A stretch of DNA of 64,000 nucleotides, taken from contig CALIUM010000005.1 in assembly GCA_938048735.1 (NCBI GenBank), positions 5,525 through 69,524 on the forward strand, in the 5' to 3' direction. Positions 28,586 to 39,033 of this stretch are shown here, one piece after another. Positions within the stretch are counted from its first letter, which is position 1. Every line of letters starts with the position of its first letter. A program made the translations under genes and the position numbers. This stretch comes from an uncultured archaeon. GTDB lineage: Archaea; Thermoproteota; Bathyarchaeia; TCS64. Under the pieces are notes generated by a model. The model ran no database searches. It had not been told where the DNA came from and worked only from the letters and a program-made list of their open reading frames with translations.

Positions 28586-30376
28586 ATGGAGAGGCTGATC
28601 CACAACGGCGTACTGGTACCTACAAAGTATGAGGCGAAGGGGCTTAGAGTCTGGGTTAGGGGGGTTGAGGTCAGGCTGACCTCAGAGCAGGAGGAGATGG
28701 CTGTGGCATGGGCTAGGAAGATAGGGACGCCATACGTCGAGGATCCGGTCTTCGCCGGTAACTTTCATCGAGATTTCTCCAAGAAGCTTGGGATAGAGGT
28801 CAAGCCCGGAGATGTTGACTACTCAGAGGTCCTCAGAGAGGTCATGAGAGAGAGGGAGTACAGGGCAAGACTGACCAGGGAGGAGAGGAAGAGGCTGGCT
28901 GAGGAGAGGAGGAGAATTAGGGAGGAGAGAAAGGAGTTATACGGCTACGCCTGGGTCGACGGGATAAGGATGGAGGTAGGGAACTACACAGTTGAGCCCA
29001 GCTCCATATTCATGGGCCGGGGAAACCATCCGAGGCGTGGATCCTGGAAGGAGGGGCCGAAGGAGGAGGATATAGAACTCAATCTCTCCCCAGATGCCCC
29101 GAGGCCTAAGGGCAACTGGAAGGCCATAGTGTGGGATCCCGACGCTATGTGGATAGCCAGGTGGAGGGATAAGCTGAGCGGGAGGATGAAGTATGTCTGG
29201 CTCTCAGAATCCTCCTACCTCAAGCAGAGGAGGGAGCTGGAGAAGTTCGAGAAGGCTAGAGAGCTGGGAAACAACATAGAGAGGGTTAAGAGGCACATCT
29301 TTGAGAACCTCTCCTCTAAGGATCCTAAGAGGAGGAAGACCGCGACTGTATGCTACCTTATAGACGCCCTGAAGATACGGGTCGGGGACGAGAAGGATGA
29401 GGATGAAGCCGACACGGTGGGAGCCTCAACCCTTAGGCCGGAGCACTTAACCTTCAACGAGGATGGCACGGTAACCTTCGACTTCCTCGGGAAGGACTCA
29501 ATTCGCCACCTCATCACCGCTAGGTTGCCTGAGGAGGTTGTGAGGAACCTTAAGGAGTTCATGGCCGAGGCACGATCAACCATATTCGAGGGCGTGGACT
29601 CTGAGAGGGTCAGCGAGTTTCTAAACGAGGTCCACCAAGGTCTATCGGCCAAGGTCTTCAGGACCTTCTACGCAACGAGCGCTGTAGAGAAAGAATTGAT
29701 GAGGAGGAGAGTTAAGGAGAATGATCCTAAATATTTAAAAAGATATATTGCAATTATGGCGAATCTTGAGGCTGCAAAAATATGTAACCATAAAAGGGCA
29801 ATACCTAAGAACTGGGAATCATCTCTAAAGAAAAAAGTTGAAAAAATTGAAAAATTAAAAATTGAATATAAAAAATTGGAAAAAAATCTGAAAGAAAAAA
29901 TGAAGGAAATAGATGTGCGCTTTAAAGATAGATTATATAAAAAAGTGAAGGGTTTAAATGAAGAAAGAAGAAAGATGGATGAAATAAAAGAAATTATAGA
30001 AAAGAGAAGGATTGAAGGAAAATCTATAGATAGCTTAAAGGAGAGGTTAATTAAAAAGAAGAATAATGTTGAAAATTTAAGGAATAGTATAAGGAAAATA
30101 AAAAATGAATGGGGGGTTTATAGAAAAAGAGTGATTAATAGATTGGATGAATTGAAGGCCAGATATCGAAAGAAGCTTGAGGAGCTCAGAATCCAAGTGG
30201 AGATCCAGAGGGAGACCCGCGACTACAACCTAGGTACATCCCTTAAAAGTTACATAGATCCCCGGGTATACTATGAGTGGGGCGAGAGAATCGGATACAG
30301 CTGGAGAGAGTACTATCCTGCAACTCTCCAGAGAAAGTTCAGCTGGGTAGAGGCCCGGAAAACGCAGACCGGGTAG
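28586..30376 (+). CDS. eukaryote-type DNA topoisomerase IB
   Basis: The core aligns to human TOP1 with all catalytic residues present (R in ASTLRPEHL, K in FLGKDSIRH, R in AKVFRTFYA, H in KICNHKRA, Y in SLKSYIDPR). A Lys/Glu-rich coiled-coil linker precedes the Tyr domain. Confidence 0.85.
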   Translation: MERLIHNGVLVPTKYEAKGLRVWVRGVEVRLTSEQEEMAVAWARKIGTPYVEDPVFAGNFHRDFSKKLGIEVKPGDVDYSEVLREVMREREYRARLTREERKRLAEERRRIREERKELYGYAWVDGIRMEVGNYTVEPSSIFMGRGNHPRRGSWKEGPKEEDIELNLSPDAPRPKGNWKAIVWDPDAMWIARWRDKLSGRMKYVWLSESSYLKQRRELEKFEKARELGNNIERVKRHIFENLSSKDPKRRKTATVCYLIDALKIRVGDEKDEDEADTVGASTLRPEHLTFNEDGTVTFDFLGKDSIRHLITARLPEEVVRNLKEFMAEARSTIFEGVDSERVSEFLNEVHQGLSAKVFRTFYATSAVEKELMRRRVKENDPKYLKRYIAIMANLEAAKICNHKRAIPKNWESSLKKKVEKIEKLKIEYKKLEKNLKEKMKEIDVRFKDRLYKKVKGLNEERRKMDEIKEIIEKRRIEGKSIDSLKERLIKKKNNVENLRNSIRKIKNEWGVYRKRVINRLDELKARYRKKLEELRIQVEIQRETRDYNLGTSLKSYIDPRVYYEWGERIGYSWREYYPATLQRKFSWVEARKTQTG

Positions 30377-30439
30377 ACTATAGAGGATTGAGGTTCTGGG
30401 GTTGCTCCAGATTCTTTAAATTTGAAATCCCGCTAAGCT

Positions 30440-31249
30440 ATGAGGGGTGTCAAATTGAGAAATCTTGTGAAGAAGAAGCTCAAGGCTGGTGAGGCCAGTA
30501 TCGGGACCTGGATCACCATAGGCCACCCAGATATCTCCATGTACCTCGCAGATCTCGGTTTCGACTGGCTGGTCTGCGACATGGAGCACGGGCCGTTCGG
30601 CCCTGAGACCTACCACTTCATGGTTCAGGGCATGCTATACAACCGGGAGAGGTGCATGCCCATGGCCAGAATCCCGTGGAATGACCCCATATGGGCTAAA
30701 AAGGCCCTCGACGCTGGAGCCACGGGTTTGGTTATACCGAGGATAGAGAACGCGGAGATGGCTAGGGACGCCGTGAGGTTCATCAAGTATCCACCCCTGG
30801 GGGAGAGAGGGGCAGGCCCAAGGCTGGCGGCATTCGGGGATCCGGACTACTTCGCCACAGCCAATGATGAGACGCTCGTCGTAGTTATGATCGAGACGAG
30901 AATGGGAGTGAGAAATATTGATGAGATCTTCTCAGTCGAGGGGGTGGATGCATGCTTCGTCGGCCCATCAGATCTAACAATGGATATGGGTATACATAGA
31001 AAATACAATCATCCAGACTTCATAGACGCTTTAGATCGGATTGTGGAGGCTGGAGAGAGGCACGGCGTGGCGCCGGGAATGCACTGCACCACGTCACCTG
31101 GGCCAACAAACATAAACGAGGCTCTAGAGAGGGGCTTCAAGTTCTGCGCCATCGACAGCGACGTCGCCTTCCTCAGAGCGGCGGCTTCTCAAGCCCTGAA
31201 GGGGATAACCGCATCTAGAGCTGGAGAGGCGGAGAAGGTTGAAGTCTAA
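30440..31249 (+). CDS. HpcH/HpaI family aldolase (2-keto-3-deoxy-acid aldolase / citrate-lyase-beta-like)
   Basis: 269 aa TIM-barrel aldolase pattern (GTWITIGHP...DMEHGP...IPRIENAE). Confidence 0.7.
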   Translation: MRGVKLRNLVKKKLKAGEASIGTWITIGHPDISMYLADLGFDWLVCDMEHGPFGPETYHFMVQGMLYNRERCMPMARIPWNDPIWAKKALDAGATGLVIPRIENAEMARDAVRFIKYPPLGERGAGPRLAAFGDPDYFATANDETLVVVMIETRMGVRNIDEIFSVEGVDACFVGPSDLTMDMGIHRKYNHPDFIDALDRIVEAGERHGVAPGMHCTTSPGPTNINEALERGFKFCAIDSDVAFLRAAASQALKGITASRAGEAEKVEV

Positions 31250-31289
31250 CCTAGAAACAGGAGAGATCATCCCAATTGGGTGACGTAGA

Positions 31290-31730
31290 TTGGAATCGGC
31301 CGATATGTATAAGGAGAGAGCTTGGTCGGATGAGCTATTCAGTAAGGCGGTAGATTTTCATGGGCATAGAGGCCCTTATCTAGCCCTTGGCCTGAGAATG
31401 GGCCTAGCGGCCCTTAATGGACTAGATGCCCGAGGATGGTTCGACCTCAGGTGTAGAGTCTACCTTCCTTTGAAGCCTCCGGAATCCTGCACAGTTGACG
31501 GAATCCAGTTCTCCACGGGATGCACGCTGGGCAAGAGAAACATAGAAGTGGAGGAAGGCCCTGGAATAAAGGCCAAATTCATTAAGTCTGAGGTATTCTT
31601 GACGATAACCTTAAAGGAGGATGTTTTAAGGCGAATCCAATCCCAGCTCTCCATGGGGACTGGGGAGAAGCTATTGAGCTGGCTGGCTGAGGCTGAGGAA
31701 TCTGAACTTTTCATAATAGAACGTGGATAG
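31290..31730 (+). CDS. FmdE/FwdE-domain protein
   Basis: FHGHRGPYLALGLRMG motif characteristic of the formylmethanofuran dehydrogenase subunit E family, 146 aa. Confidence 0.6.
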   Translation: MESADMYKERAWSDELFSKAVDFHGHRGPYLALGLRMGLAALNGLDARGWFDLRCRVYLPLKPPESCTVDGIQFSTGCTLGKRNIEVEEGPGIKAKFIKSEVFLTITLKEDVLRRIQSQLSMGTGEKLLSWLAEAEESELFIIERG

Positions 31731-31751
31731 GGGCCAACGCCAACATTTTAT

Positions 31752-32165
31752 CTATGGGGAGATGACAGAGACCTTAACCTGCTTCACTCCCCTTTTTGCC
31801 ATAAGCTCCTGAGCCATCCTCTTGATCTCCCCAGCCTCTCCCGCCACAGAGATGACCCCGAGCATCTTATTTTCCTCCACATAAACCTGCTGGATTGAAT
31901 TGATGATGCCTCTAAATCTCCTTAATAGGGCGGCTAATTCCTCCAAAAGGCCAGGCCTATCTAGGTAGTGGAGAGCCATAACCACACCGACCAGGAAGCC
32001 ACCCTCCTCCCTCATCCACTCCACCTCGGTGATGAAGCTACGGAGGGCGTCATGGAGGGCCTTTGACCTGTTGTCATATCGCATATTCCTCCAGGTCTCG
32101 TCGAACTCCTTCACAAGGGCTGGGGGAAGTGAAACACTGAACCTGACCACACCCTGTTTCATCAA
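31752..32165 (-). CDS. NikR-family ribbon-helix-helix transcriptional regulator
   Basis: N-terminal RHH (RFSVSLPPALVKEFDE) plus ACT-like C-terminal domain, 137 aa. The canonical His/Cys nickel cluster is not evident. Confidence 0.55.
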   Translation of the reverse strand: MMKQGVVRFSVSLPPALVKEFDETWRNMRYDNRSKALHDALRSFITEVEWMREEGGFLVGVVMALHYLDRPGLLEELAALLRRFRGIINSIQQVYVEENKMLGVISVAGEAGEIKRMAQELMAKRGVKQVKVSVISP

Positions 32166-32251
32166 GCCTCACCAAAATCATTATAAAGGTACTTGATGAA
32201 AAAGTTTATATTTGTGTTACTGAAAAAGATAATCGTAACATTGGTGAGGCT

Positions 32252-32827
32252 ATGCCGAGGCTAGATACGAGGGATATTGTGGCCATATCCCTGGTGGCCT
32301 CAACGTGGGCCATCCTGAACGTGACCATAACACCGATATTCTGGCAGGCCACACGCCTCCCCATCCTCTGCGATATGGTAGGGGCCTCCCTCTTGATCCT
32401 CACAATCTGGTGGACCAAGAAGCCCCTGTGCGCGTCGGCCATGGGGCTCATAGCTACAGTACTCAACTTCATCCTGAGGCCAACAGCGCTCCACTTCCTA
32501 GGATTCACAGCCGCAAGCTTCATCTTCGACATCTCTTCATGGGCCATAGGTTATAGAAACCTTCTAGATCGGAGGCTCATTGGCTCAGTCCTTCTAGTCC
32601 TCATATCAGTTATATCAACCCTCATAGCTGGCCTCATAATAGGGAGCTTCTTCATGGCTCCAACCCTAGTGTCATCTGCATATGGGGGGATTGCCTTCTT
32701 CGCATTCTTTCATGGGTTGGGGGGCTTCATAGGGGGTATTCTCGGGGTGATCATCATCAACGGCCTAAGGGCTAGGGGGATTAAAATCCAAGAATACGAG
32801 GTAGGTCGACTCTCAGGTGCTAAGTAA
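32252..32827 (+). CDS. integral membrane protein, ECF-transporter S-component-like (~6 TM)
   Basis: 191 aa, highly hydrophobic. It is divergently arranged with the NikR-like gene and adjacent to the ZIP transporter. Confidence 0.35.
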   Translation: MPRLDTRDIVAISLVASTWAILNVTITPIFWQATRLPILCDMVGASLLILTIWWTKKPLCASAMGLIATVLNFILRPTALHFLGFTAASFIFDISSWAIGYRNLLDRRLIGSVLLVLISVISTLIAGLIIGSFFMAPTLVSSAYGGIAFFAFFHGLGGFIGGILGVIIINGLRARGIKIQEYEVGRLSGAK

Positions 32828-32834
32828 TAGGCCT

Positions 32835-33527
32835 TTAGCCCTTTAATAGTATCATGAAAGATAATCCAGCCATCATCATAAACAGCTGCGTTAAGGAGTC
32901 CCTCGGCGAGTTTCTCTTGTGGAGTTCGGGCATCAGGTCGACCGCGGCGATGTAGAGGAAGCCTCCGGCTGAGAAGGGTATCAGATAGAGAATGGCCTCA
33001 TGGATATAGAAGGCTGTGTAGTAGGCGATGAGGGCGCCCAACACCGCCGCCAAGGCCGAGGCTAGGTTAAGGAGGAGGGCCCTCGATTTGCTGAGCCCTC
33101 CATATATAAGGATCCCGAAATCTCCCAGCTCTTGGGGTATCTCATGGAGGATGACAGCCAGAGTTGCTGCCAAGCCGAGCTCGCTGGAGTGGAGAAAGCT
33201 CGCGGCTATGATCAACCCATCTATCAGGTTGTGGAGGCCATCTCCAAATAGGTTCAGGTAGACGAAGGAGTGGATCGAACATTCCATGTCATGGCAGTGG
33301 CGCCAGTATAGGAACTTCTCCATTACAAAGAAAGACACCATGCCTAGAACAGTAAAATGAAAGGATGATGGACCGAGCCCTTCCAAGGCCTCGGGTAGCA
33401 TGTGCAGGAGAGCCCCGCCTATCAGGGTGCCCGTGGCGAAGCCTATCAGGGCGAAGATTAACTTCTTCATGATTGAATCGCTGACCCCAAGGAAGAAGAC
33501 CCCTATCAGGCTGATTAGACTGACCAC
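32835..33527 (-). CDS. ZIP family divalent metal transporter (ZupT-like)
   Basis: ZIP signature motifs HNLIDGL and HEIPQELGDF, 230 aa. Confidence 0.8.
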   Translation of the reverse strand: MVSLISLIGVFFLGVSDSIMKKLIFALIGFATGTLIGGALLHMLPEALEGLGPSSFHFTVLGMVSFFVMEKFLYWRHCHDMECSIHSFVYLNLFGDGLHNLIDGLIIAASFLHSSELGLAATLAVILHEIPQELGDFGILIYGGLSKSRALLLNLASALAAVLGALIAYYTAFYIHEAILYLIPFSAGGFLYIAAVDLMPELHKRNSPRDSLTQLFMMMAGLSFMILLKG

Positions 33528-33898
33528 GGTGACGGAGACAAGGATCTCAACAATCCCTAAAGCTCATCACTCCATTTTGGGGCTAGTTCGTTTCAGTTGT
33601 ATCGTCATTTATAAATGCTATCTATGGTTTTAGCCCGAAGAGTGAGCGAGGTTGAATGAACCCCTCACATTTAAAGGAGAATCCTCCTCATAGAACCCCG
33701 TTAAACCTAAGCCCGACTTCAGGTTCTGAAATAACAGGCAGGTACCCTAACCTTCGAGCCGTAAAAGGATTGGCGGGACGATATTGATTTAATATATTGA
33801 TGCCGCCGTTTTGAGGGGGCTGGAGCACTTACATTCTACCTTGGAATTCGGCTGCGAAATTAAAATAAATTATTAATCTCGCTATATGGATCTGGAAG

Positions 33899-34432
33899 TT
33901 GTCCTCCATAGATGTCCTTGAGAGCCGCCTGGGAAAGGGGGAAGATCCTAATGCTAGGGCATCTATAGCGGTGCTCCTCCACGGACCTGTTGGAGGATTG
34001 GAGGTATTACTTGTAAAGAGAGCCTTGAACCCTTTAGACCCTTGGTCTGGAGATATGGCCTTCCCAGGGGGTAGGCGCCGACTGATCGATAATGATCTTC
34101 TAGAGACGGCTCTTAGGGAGACCTTGGAGGAGACGAGCATAGACCTAAGGAATCATAAGTTTTTGGGATCCTTGAATCCAGTTGCCTCTGAGATCGACCC
34201 TGGAATGATCGTCCAACCCTTCGTCTTCCTATGCAGCGAGAGGCCGAGGGTTGAATTGAGTTATGAGCTGTGCTCTCATATGTGGATTCCACTCGATAAG
34301 CTCAAGAGATCTAGGGGGATGGCCAGAGTTCGGGGTGGTATATCTCCAGCATATCTCGTTGATGGTGAGATCATCTGGGGCCTAACCTACCGGGTCCTTG
34401 AGGATCTCCTTGGCCTGATGGATGCCTTCTAA
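33899..34432 (+). CDS. NUDIX hydrolase (CoA pyrophosphatase-like)
   Basis: Nudix box GGRRRLIDNDLLETALRETLEETSI, 177 aa. Confidence 0.7.
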   Translation: MSSIDVLESRLGKGEDPNARASIAVLLHGPVGGLEVLLVKRALNPLDPWSGDMAFPGGRRRLIDNDLLETALRETLEETSIDLRNHKFLGSLNPVASEIDPGMIVQPFVFLCSERPRVELSYELCSHMWIPLDKLKRSRGMARVRGGISPAYLVDGEIIWGLTYRVLEDLLGLMDAF

Positions 34433-34441
34433 GGTGGATGC

Positions 34442-35320
34442 CTATCCCATCATCCTTTTAAGAGCCTTTGCTACCTCTCCTGGGAGGCTCCCCACGTGGA
34501 CCCCTGCCGATCTCAAGGCCTCCATCTTACCCTCTGCCGTGCCCATGTTCCCCTCCACTATAGCCCCTGCATGTCCCATTCTCCTACCTGGAATCGCCGT
34601 CCTTCCGGCTATGTAGGCCACTGTTGGCTTGGTGAAGCCTCCCTCAGATATGAACGCTGCTGCCCTCTCCTCCGCGTCTCCGCCTATCTCTCCTATAAGT
34701 ACGACTGCCTCTGTCTCGCCGTCCTCTTGGAAGCACCTTAACACGTCTACGAAGTCGAGGCCTACGACCGGGTCTCCCCCTATCCCGATACATGTTGATT
34801 CTCCTAGGCCTGCCCTTGTGATCTGGGCTGCAACCTCGTATGTGAGGGTCCCACTCCTTGAAACGATCCCCACCCGCCCCTTCCTGAAGACCCCGGAGGG
34901 CATAATGCCGAGCTTACACTCCCCAACCCTGATTATTCCTGGAGTGTTTGGCCCTATTATGGTGATTCCCCTCCTCCTAGCCCTCGCTATGATCTCGATG
35001 GAGTCCTTAATCGGCACCCCCTCCGTGATTATGACGATGGGGTTTAGACCCGCCTCTATCGCCTCCAGTGCCGCCTCTTTTGCCTGGGGGGCTGGCACAA
35101 ACATTATGGATGCTTCTGGATCGGCCTCCTCAAGGGCCTCGAAGACGGTGTCGAATACGGGCACCCCCTCAACCTCCCCTCTCCCCCTCCCGGGGGTCAC
35201 TCCTGCCACTATCTTCGTGCCGTACTCCAGCATCAGCCTTGTGTGGAACCTCCCCTGGGTCCCGGTGATCCCCTGTACGAGGACCCTTGTCCCCTTATCT
35301 ACAAACCTGACCATATTCAC
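34442..35320 (-). CDS. sucD: succinyl-CoA synthetase alpha subunit
   Basis: Strong similarity to SucD throughout (GITGTQGxFH, [17 protein letters not shown], phospho-His loop MGHAGAI). Confidence 0.9.
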   Translation of the reverse strand: MNMVRFVDKGTRVLVQGITGTQGRFHTRLMLEYGTKIVAGVTPGRGRGEVEGVPVFDTVFEALEEADPEASIMFVPAPQAKEAALEAIEAGLNPIVIITEGVPIKDSIEIIARARRRGITIIGPNTPGIIRVGECKLGIMPSGVFRKGRVGIVSRSGTLTYEVAAQITRAGLGESTCIGIGGDPVVGLDFVDVLRCFQEDGETEAVVLIGEIGGDAEERAAAFISEGGFTKPTVAYIAGRTAIPGRRMGHAGAIVEGNMGTAEGKMEALRSAGVHVGSLPGEVAKALKRMMG

Positions 35321-36459
35321 CTTCCACCCGCAAGTAGAACGGACCTTTCAGCAGCCTCCTCCATAGTTCCCATGACCTCCATACCTCCCTCCCTCAGTAT
35401 GCGAATTCCCTCCTCCTCGTTGGTCCCAGAGAGACGGACTACAATAGGCTTTGTGACCCCGGCCTTGAGCCGGGCGTTAACGATGCCCTTGGCTATCTCA
35501 TCGCATCTGGTTATGCCTCCCAATATGTTGACAAGTAGAACCTTGATCCTCTTGTCATTTAGAAGGAAGGTGACAGCTTGCTCAACCCTTTCCGGGGGGG
35601 CGCCTCCTCCCAGGTCTAGGAAGTTCCTAGGCCTCCCGCCGTAGAGGGTGACGGTGTCAAGGGTCGCCATAGTCAGGCCAGCCCCATTGCCTATAATCCC
35701 TATATCTCCATCGAGCTCGACATAGGTCAGCCCTAGCCTCCTGGCCTCCCTCTCCACCTCCGATAACCCCTCCAGTTCGCCTCCCCCATAACTTTGAAGA
35801 AGGTTTCCATGGCGGAATAGTGCGTTGTCGTCGATGTTCAGTCTAGCATCAGCAGCCACGAAGTCCTCACCCACCAGGGCCAAGGGGTTGATCTCAAGTA
35901 TCTCCGCATCGGCCTCAACACCCAAATTGTAGAGCCTCATAGCGATCTCCGAGAGCTTCATCATCAAGCCTCCGGAGAATCCAAGCCTCCTCGCCACCCA
36001 CCGGGCATGGTAGGGCCTGAACCCCTCAATAGGATCCACATATTGTTTAATGATCTTCTCAGGGGTCCTACTGGCAACCTCCTCTATATCCACACCCCCC
36101 TCGCAAGAAGCTAGGATTACATAGGTTCTATATCTCCTGTCAACTGTGAAACCTAGATAGAGCTCCTTCTCTATCTTAAGCCTCTCCTCGACTAAGACCC
36201 TCCTAACCTTTATCCCCCTAACCCCGCTCGCCAGAAGCCTTGCTGCAGCCTCCCCAGCCTTCTCCGGGGTCTCAGCGAGGAGTATTCCACCAGCCTTCCC
36301 CCTTCCACCGACGGGTACTTGAGCCTTTATGACGACTTGGCCTCCTATCATCTCCGCTACCCTTATGGCCTCCTCGACGCTCTCAGCAACTTTTCCCCTG
36401 GGAACCGGGATCCCGAAGCCTCTGAAGACCTCTTTAGCCTCGTATTCTAGGAGCTTCAT
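35317..36459 (-). CDS. sucC: succinyl-CoA synthetase beta subunit
   Basis: ATP-grasp N-terminus [20 protein letters not shown], 380 aa, ATGA-coupled to sucD. Confidence 0.85.
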   Translation of the reverse strand: MKLLEYEAKEVFRGFGIPVPRGKVAESVEEAIRVAEMIGGQVVIKAQVPVGGRGKAGGILLAETPEKAGEAAARLLASGVRGIKVRRVLVEERLKIEKELYLGFTVDRRYRTYVILASCEGGVDIEEVASRTPEKIIKQYVDPIEGFRPYHARWVARRLGFSGGLMMKLSEIAMRLYNLGVEADAEILEINPLALVGEDFVAADARLNIDDNALFRHGNLLQSYGGGELEGLSEVEREARRLGLTYVELDGDIGIIGNGAGLTMATLDTVTLYGGRPRNFLDLGGGAPPERVEQAVTFLLNDKRIKVLLVNILGGITRCDEIAKGIVNARLKAGVTKPIVVRLSGTNEEEGIRILREGGMEVMGTMEEAAERSVLLAGGR

Positions 36460-36715
36460 AGATGACCCCCTATTTAGGAATATTTTGGTGACGAGACTTA
36501 TAAGATGTTAGTTCATCGAAAACATCTTTATCAAAGGTTTGAATTAAATCGAATTTTATGATTCACCATATATCATGAATAAAATAGAAACCGATTATCC
36601 TTAGTTTTATCTTATATCTGCCGACGATGTCTTGAAAATCCGGATAGTCGTCTCAGCCTAAAGATCCTTTGGCATTGAAACCTTTTATCCCTTCTAGGAT
36701 TTAGGTATATGCGTC

Positions 36716-37540
36716 ATGGAGTACAAAGAGCTTGCTAAAGGTGTGAAGATACCCGTGCTAGGCCTCGGCACGTGGGGGATCGGGGGATGGGAGACTCCAG
36801 ATCCATCTAGAGATGATGAGAATATCGCCTCCCTGAGGGTTGGCATCGAGCTTGGAATGACCCATATAGATACGGCCGAATTTTATGCCGGGGGCCATTG
36901 TGAGGAGGTTGTCGGGGAGGCGATCAAACCATATGATAGGGAGGAGCTTTTCATAACCACTAAGGTCTGGCGCACCCATCTTATGTATGATGATGTGATA
37001 AAGGCCATCAAGGGGAGTTTAAGGCGCTTGGGTTTAGATTATGTCGACCTCTATCTCGTCCACTGGCCCAATCCCGAGGTTCCCCTCCAAGAGACGATGA
37101 GGGCGATGGAGTACTGCGCGGAGGAGGGATATGCCAGATTCATAGGGGTAAGCAACTTCGACCGATCCCTGCTCGAGGAGGCCCAATCCTATCTGAAGGA
37201 TCACCGCATCGTCGCAAATCAGGTTGAGTATAGCCTCTTGGAACAGGGGCCCAGGGAAACCCTTCTACCATACTGCCAGAGGGAGGGGGTCATGCTCATC
37301 GCCTACACCCCGCTGGCGAAGGGTCGATTGGCCATGCCGGGTAGCCCGGTGTTGGATGGGATGGCTTATAAATATGGGAAGACCCCAGGGCAGGTGGCCC
37401 TGAACTGGCTGATCTCCCAGGGTTGGGTTGTTGCCATCCCGAAGGCCTCAAAGATCGAGCACCTAAAGGAAAATGTGGGGGCGGTGGGTTGGAGGCTAAG
37501 CCCGGAAGATTGGAGGAGGCTTGGAGAGGCATATAGATAA
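36716..37540 (+). CDS. aldo/keto reductase
   Basis: AKR motifs (LGLGTWG, IDTAEFY, LVHWP, IGVSNF), 274 aa. Confidence 0.8.
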   Translation: MEYKELAKGVKIPVLGLGTWGIGGWETPDPSRDDENIASLRVGIELGMTHIDTAEFYAGGHCEEVVGEAIKPYDREELFITTKVWRTHLMYDDVIKAIKGSLRRLGLDYVDLYLVHWPNPEVPLQETMRAMEYCAEEGYARFIGVSNFDRSLLEEAQSYLKDHRIVANQVEYSLLEQGPRETLLPYCQREGVMLIAYTPLAKGRLAMPGSPVLDGMAYKYGKTPGQVALNWLISQGWVVAIPKASKIEHLKENVGAVGWRLSPEDWRRLGEAYR

Positions 37541-37559
37541 TTGGTCTTATCACCAGAGC

Positions 37560-38048
37560 CTAGTATTTGAACCTTTCAAGGACTATCGAGGGGCAGATCC
37601 TCCTGATCCCATCGATCCCCCCAACCTTCTCCGATATTATCCTAGAAAGCTCCCTCCCATCCCTAGCCCATATCTCGGTCATTATCATGTGGTCCCCTGT
37701 GGAGGTTGCCACATACCTGGTCTCCGGGATCTCAGCCAGCCTCTGGGCAGCCTCTAAAAGCTTTGAAGGCTCCACATCGATACCCACAATAGCCACGGTG
37801 TTGTATCCAACCTTGGATGGCTCGAGGATGACGGTGAACTTTCTGATGATCCCCTCCTCTTTCATGGAGGCAACCCTCTTCCTCACGGTTGACTCGCTTA
37901 AGCCCAACCTCCTGGCTATCTCCGTGAAGGGTGTGCTGGAGTCTGCTTCTAAGAGGCTCAATATCTTTAGGTCGGTCTGGTCAACCATGCCGCCCTCACC
38001 ATCCGATTTTCGATGAAACCCACGATTCTTTATCCGATTTTCGTACAA
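37560..38048 (-). CDS. Lrp/AsnC family transcriptional regulator
   Basis: HTH (DLKILSLLEADSSTPFTEIARRLGLSESTVRKRV) plus RAM domain. The true start is probably the internal Met (MVDQTDL), giving ~142 aa. Confidence 0.8.
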   Translation of the reverse strand: MYENRIKNRGFHRKSDGEGGMVDQTDLKILSLLEADSSTPFTEIARRLGLSESTVRKRVASMKEEGIIRKFTVILEPSKVGYNTVAIVGIDVEPSKLLEAAQRLAEIPETRYVATSTGDHMIMTEIWARDGRELSRIISEKVGGIDGIRRICPSIVLERFKY

Positions 38049-38103
38049 AAAATTTTTATAATCATTTCATTTAATAAATTTATCGGATAAGGAGGGTTGC
38101 GAC

Positions 38104-38607
38104 ATGAGGAAGATGACCGAGGAGAACCTGAAGAGCGCCTTTTCAGGTGAGAGCCAAGCCCATATGAGGTATCTACTCTTCTCTGAGAGGGCTGATATGG
38201 AGGGCTACAGGAACCTCTCAAGGCTCTTTAAGGCCATAGCATACGCCGAGCTGGTACACGCCAGAAACCACATCACGGCCCTCGGTATATTGCGCACCTC
38301 CTCTGATAACCTCCAGGTTGCGATAGATGGGGAAACATATGAGGTGGAGGAGATGTATCCAGCATACCATACCGTGGCGGAACTGCAGGGGGAGAAAGCG
38401 GCTCAGAGGTCGGTGAACTGGGCTCTCCAGGCGGAGAAGGTTCACGCGGGCATGTACATGAGGGCCAAACAGGCCGTGGAAAGGGGCGAGGACCTAAAGA
38501 TCGGGCCCATCTACATATGCGAGATATGCGGCTACACGGTCGAGGATGCCGCTCCAAGCCGATGCCCAATCTGCGGGGCGATAAAGGAGAAGTTCAAGGA
38601 GTTCTAG
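38104..38607 (+). CDS. rubrerythrin
   Basis: Ferritin-like diiron domain (ExxH motifs) plus C-terminal rubredoxin-like CxxC...CxxC, 167 aa. Confidence 0.8.
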   Translation: MRKMTEENLKSAFSGESQAHMRYLLFSERADMEGYRNLSRLFKAIAYAELVHARNHITALGILRTSSDNLQVAIDGETYEVEEMYPAYHTVAELQGEKAAQRSVNWALQAEKVHAGMYMRAKQAVERGEDLKIGPIYICEICGYTVEDAAPSRCPICGAIKEKFKEF

Positions 38608-38620
38608 GAAAGCTCCAAGG

Positions 38621-38962
38621 ATGGTGAATCTCATGTGGAGATGTCTGGCGTGCGGCTACATCCATGATGGAGATAGTCCGCCCGAGAGGTGCCCAAACTG
38701 TGGGGCCCCTAAGGAGAGGTTTGAGAGGCTACCCGAAGATAAGGCCCAGCTCATAGAGCGTTCAAGGAGGACCAACCAGCTCCACCTGAAGCTCATGGTA
38801 CTCGTCGACGAGGTGAAGGGAGTGGGTGAAGAAGGGGTGGAGGACAACCTTGATCCTAGATGCTCAGAGATATTCAGGCAGGCCATTGAGATGGCTGAAA
38901 TGATAAAGAGGAGGAGCAGGGCCGAGATACAATCTCATATAGGAAAGGGAAAGTGGGGATAA
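38621..38962 (+). CDS. rubredoxin-like zinc-ribbon domain protein (hypothetical)
   Basis: N-terminal WRCLACGY...[11 protein letters not shown] motif followed by a helical domain. It lies immediately downstream of rubrerythrin. Confidence 0.45.
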   Translation: MVNLMWRCLACGYIHDGDSPPERCPNCGAPKERFERLPEDKAQLIERSRRTNQLHLKLMVLVDEVKGVGEEGVEDNLDPRCSEIFRQAIEMAEMIKRRSRAEIQSHIGKGKWG

Positions 38963-39033
38963 AGCTTAGGAAGCCCACAGTTTCCATAAAGCCAATAATA
39001 AATGAGATACAAATTTTTATCATCATGAGGTAG

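Noticed and set aside
33560-33898. 340 bp intergenic region examined for SRP RNA, RNase P RNA or tRNA
   Set aside because: No conserved RNase P (GGAAAGUCCGG-like) or SRP domain IV motifs and no cloverleaf could be built, so it is left unannotated.
34629-35366. 245 aa plus-strand ORF antisense to sucD; likewise 16921..17517 and 17156..17698 antisense to coaBC
   Set aside because: Pro/Ser/Ala-rich low-complexity translations typical of antisense frames of GC-rich genes. The sense genes have unambiguous homology.
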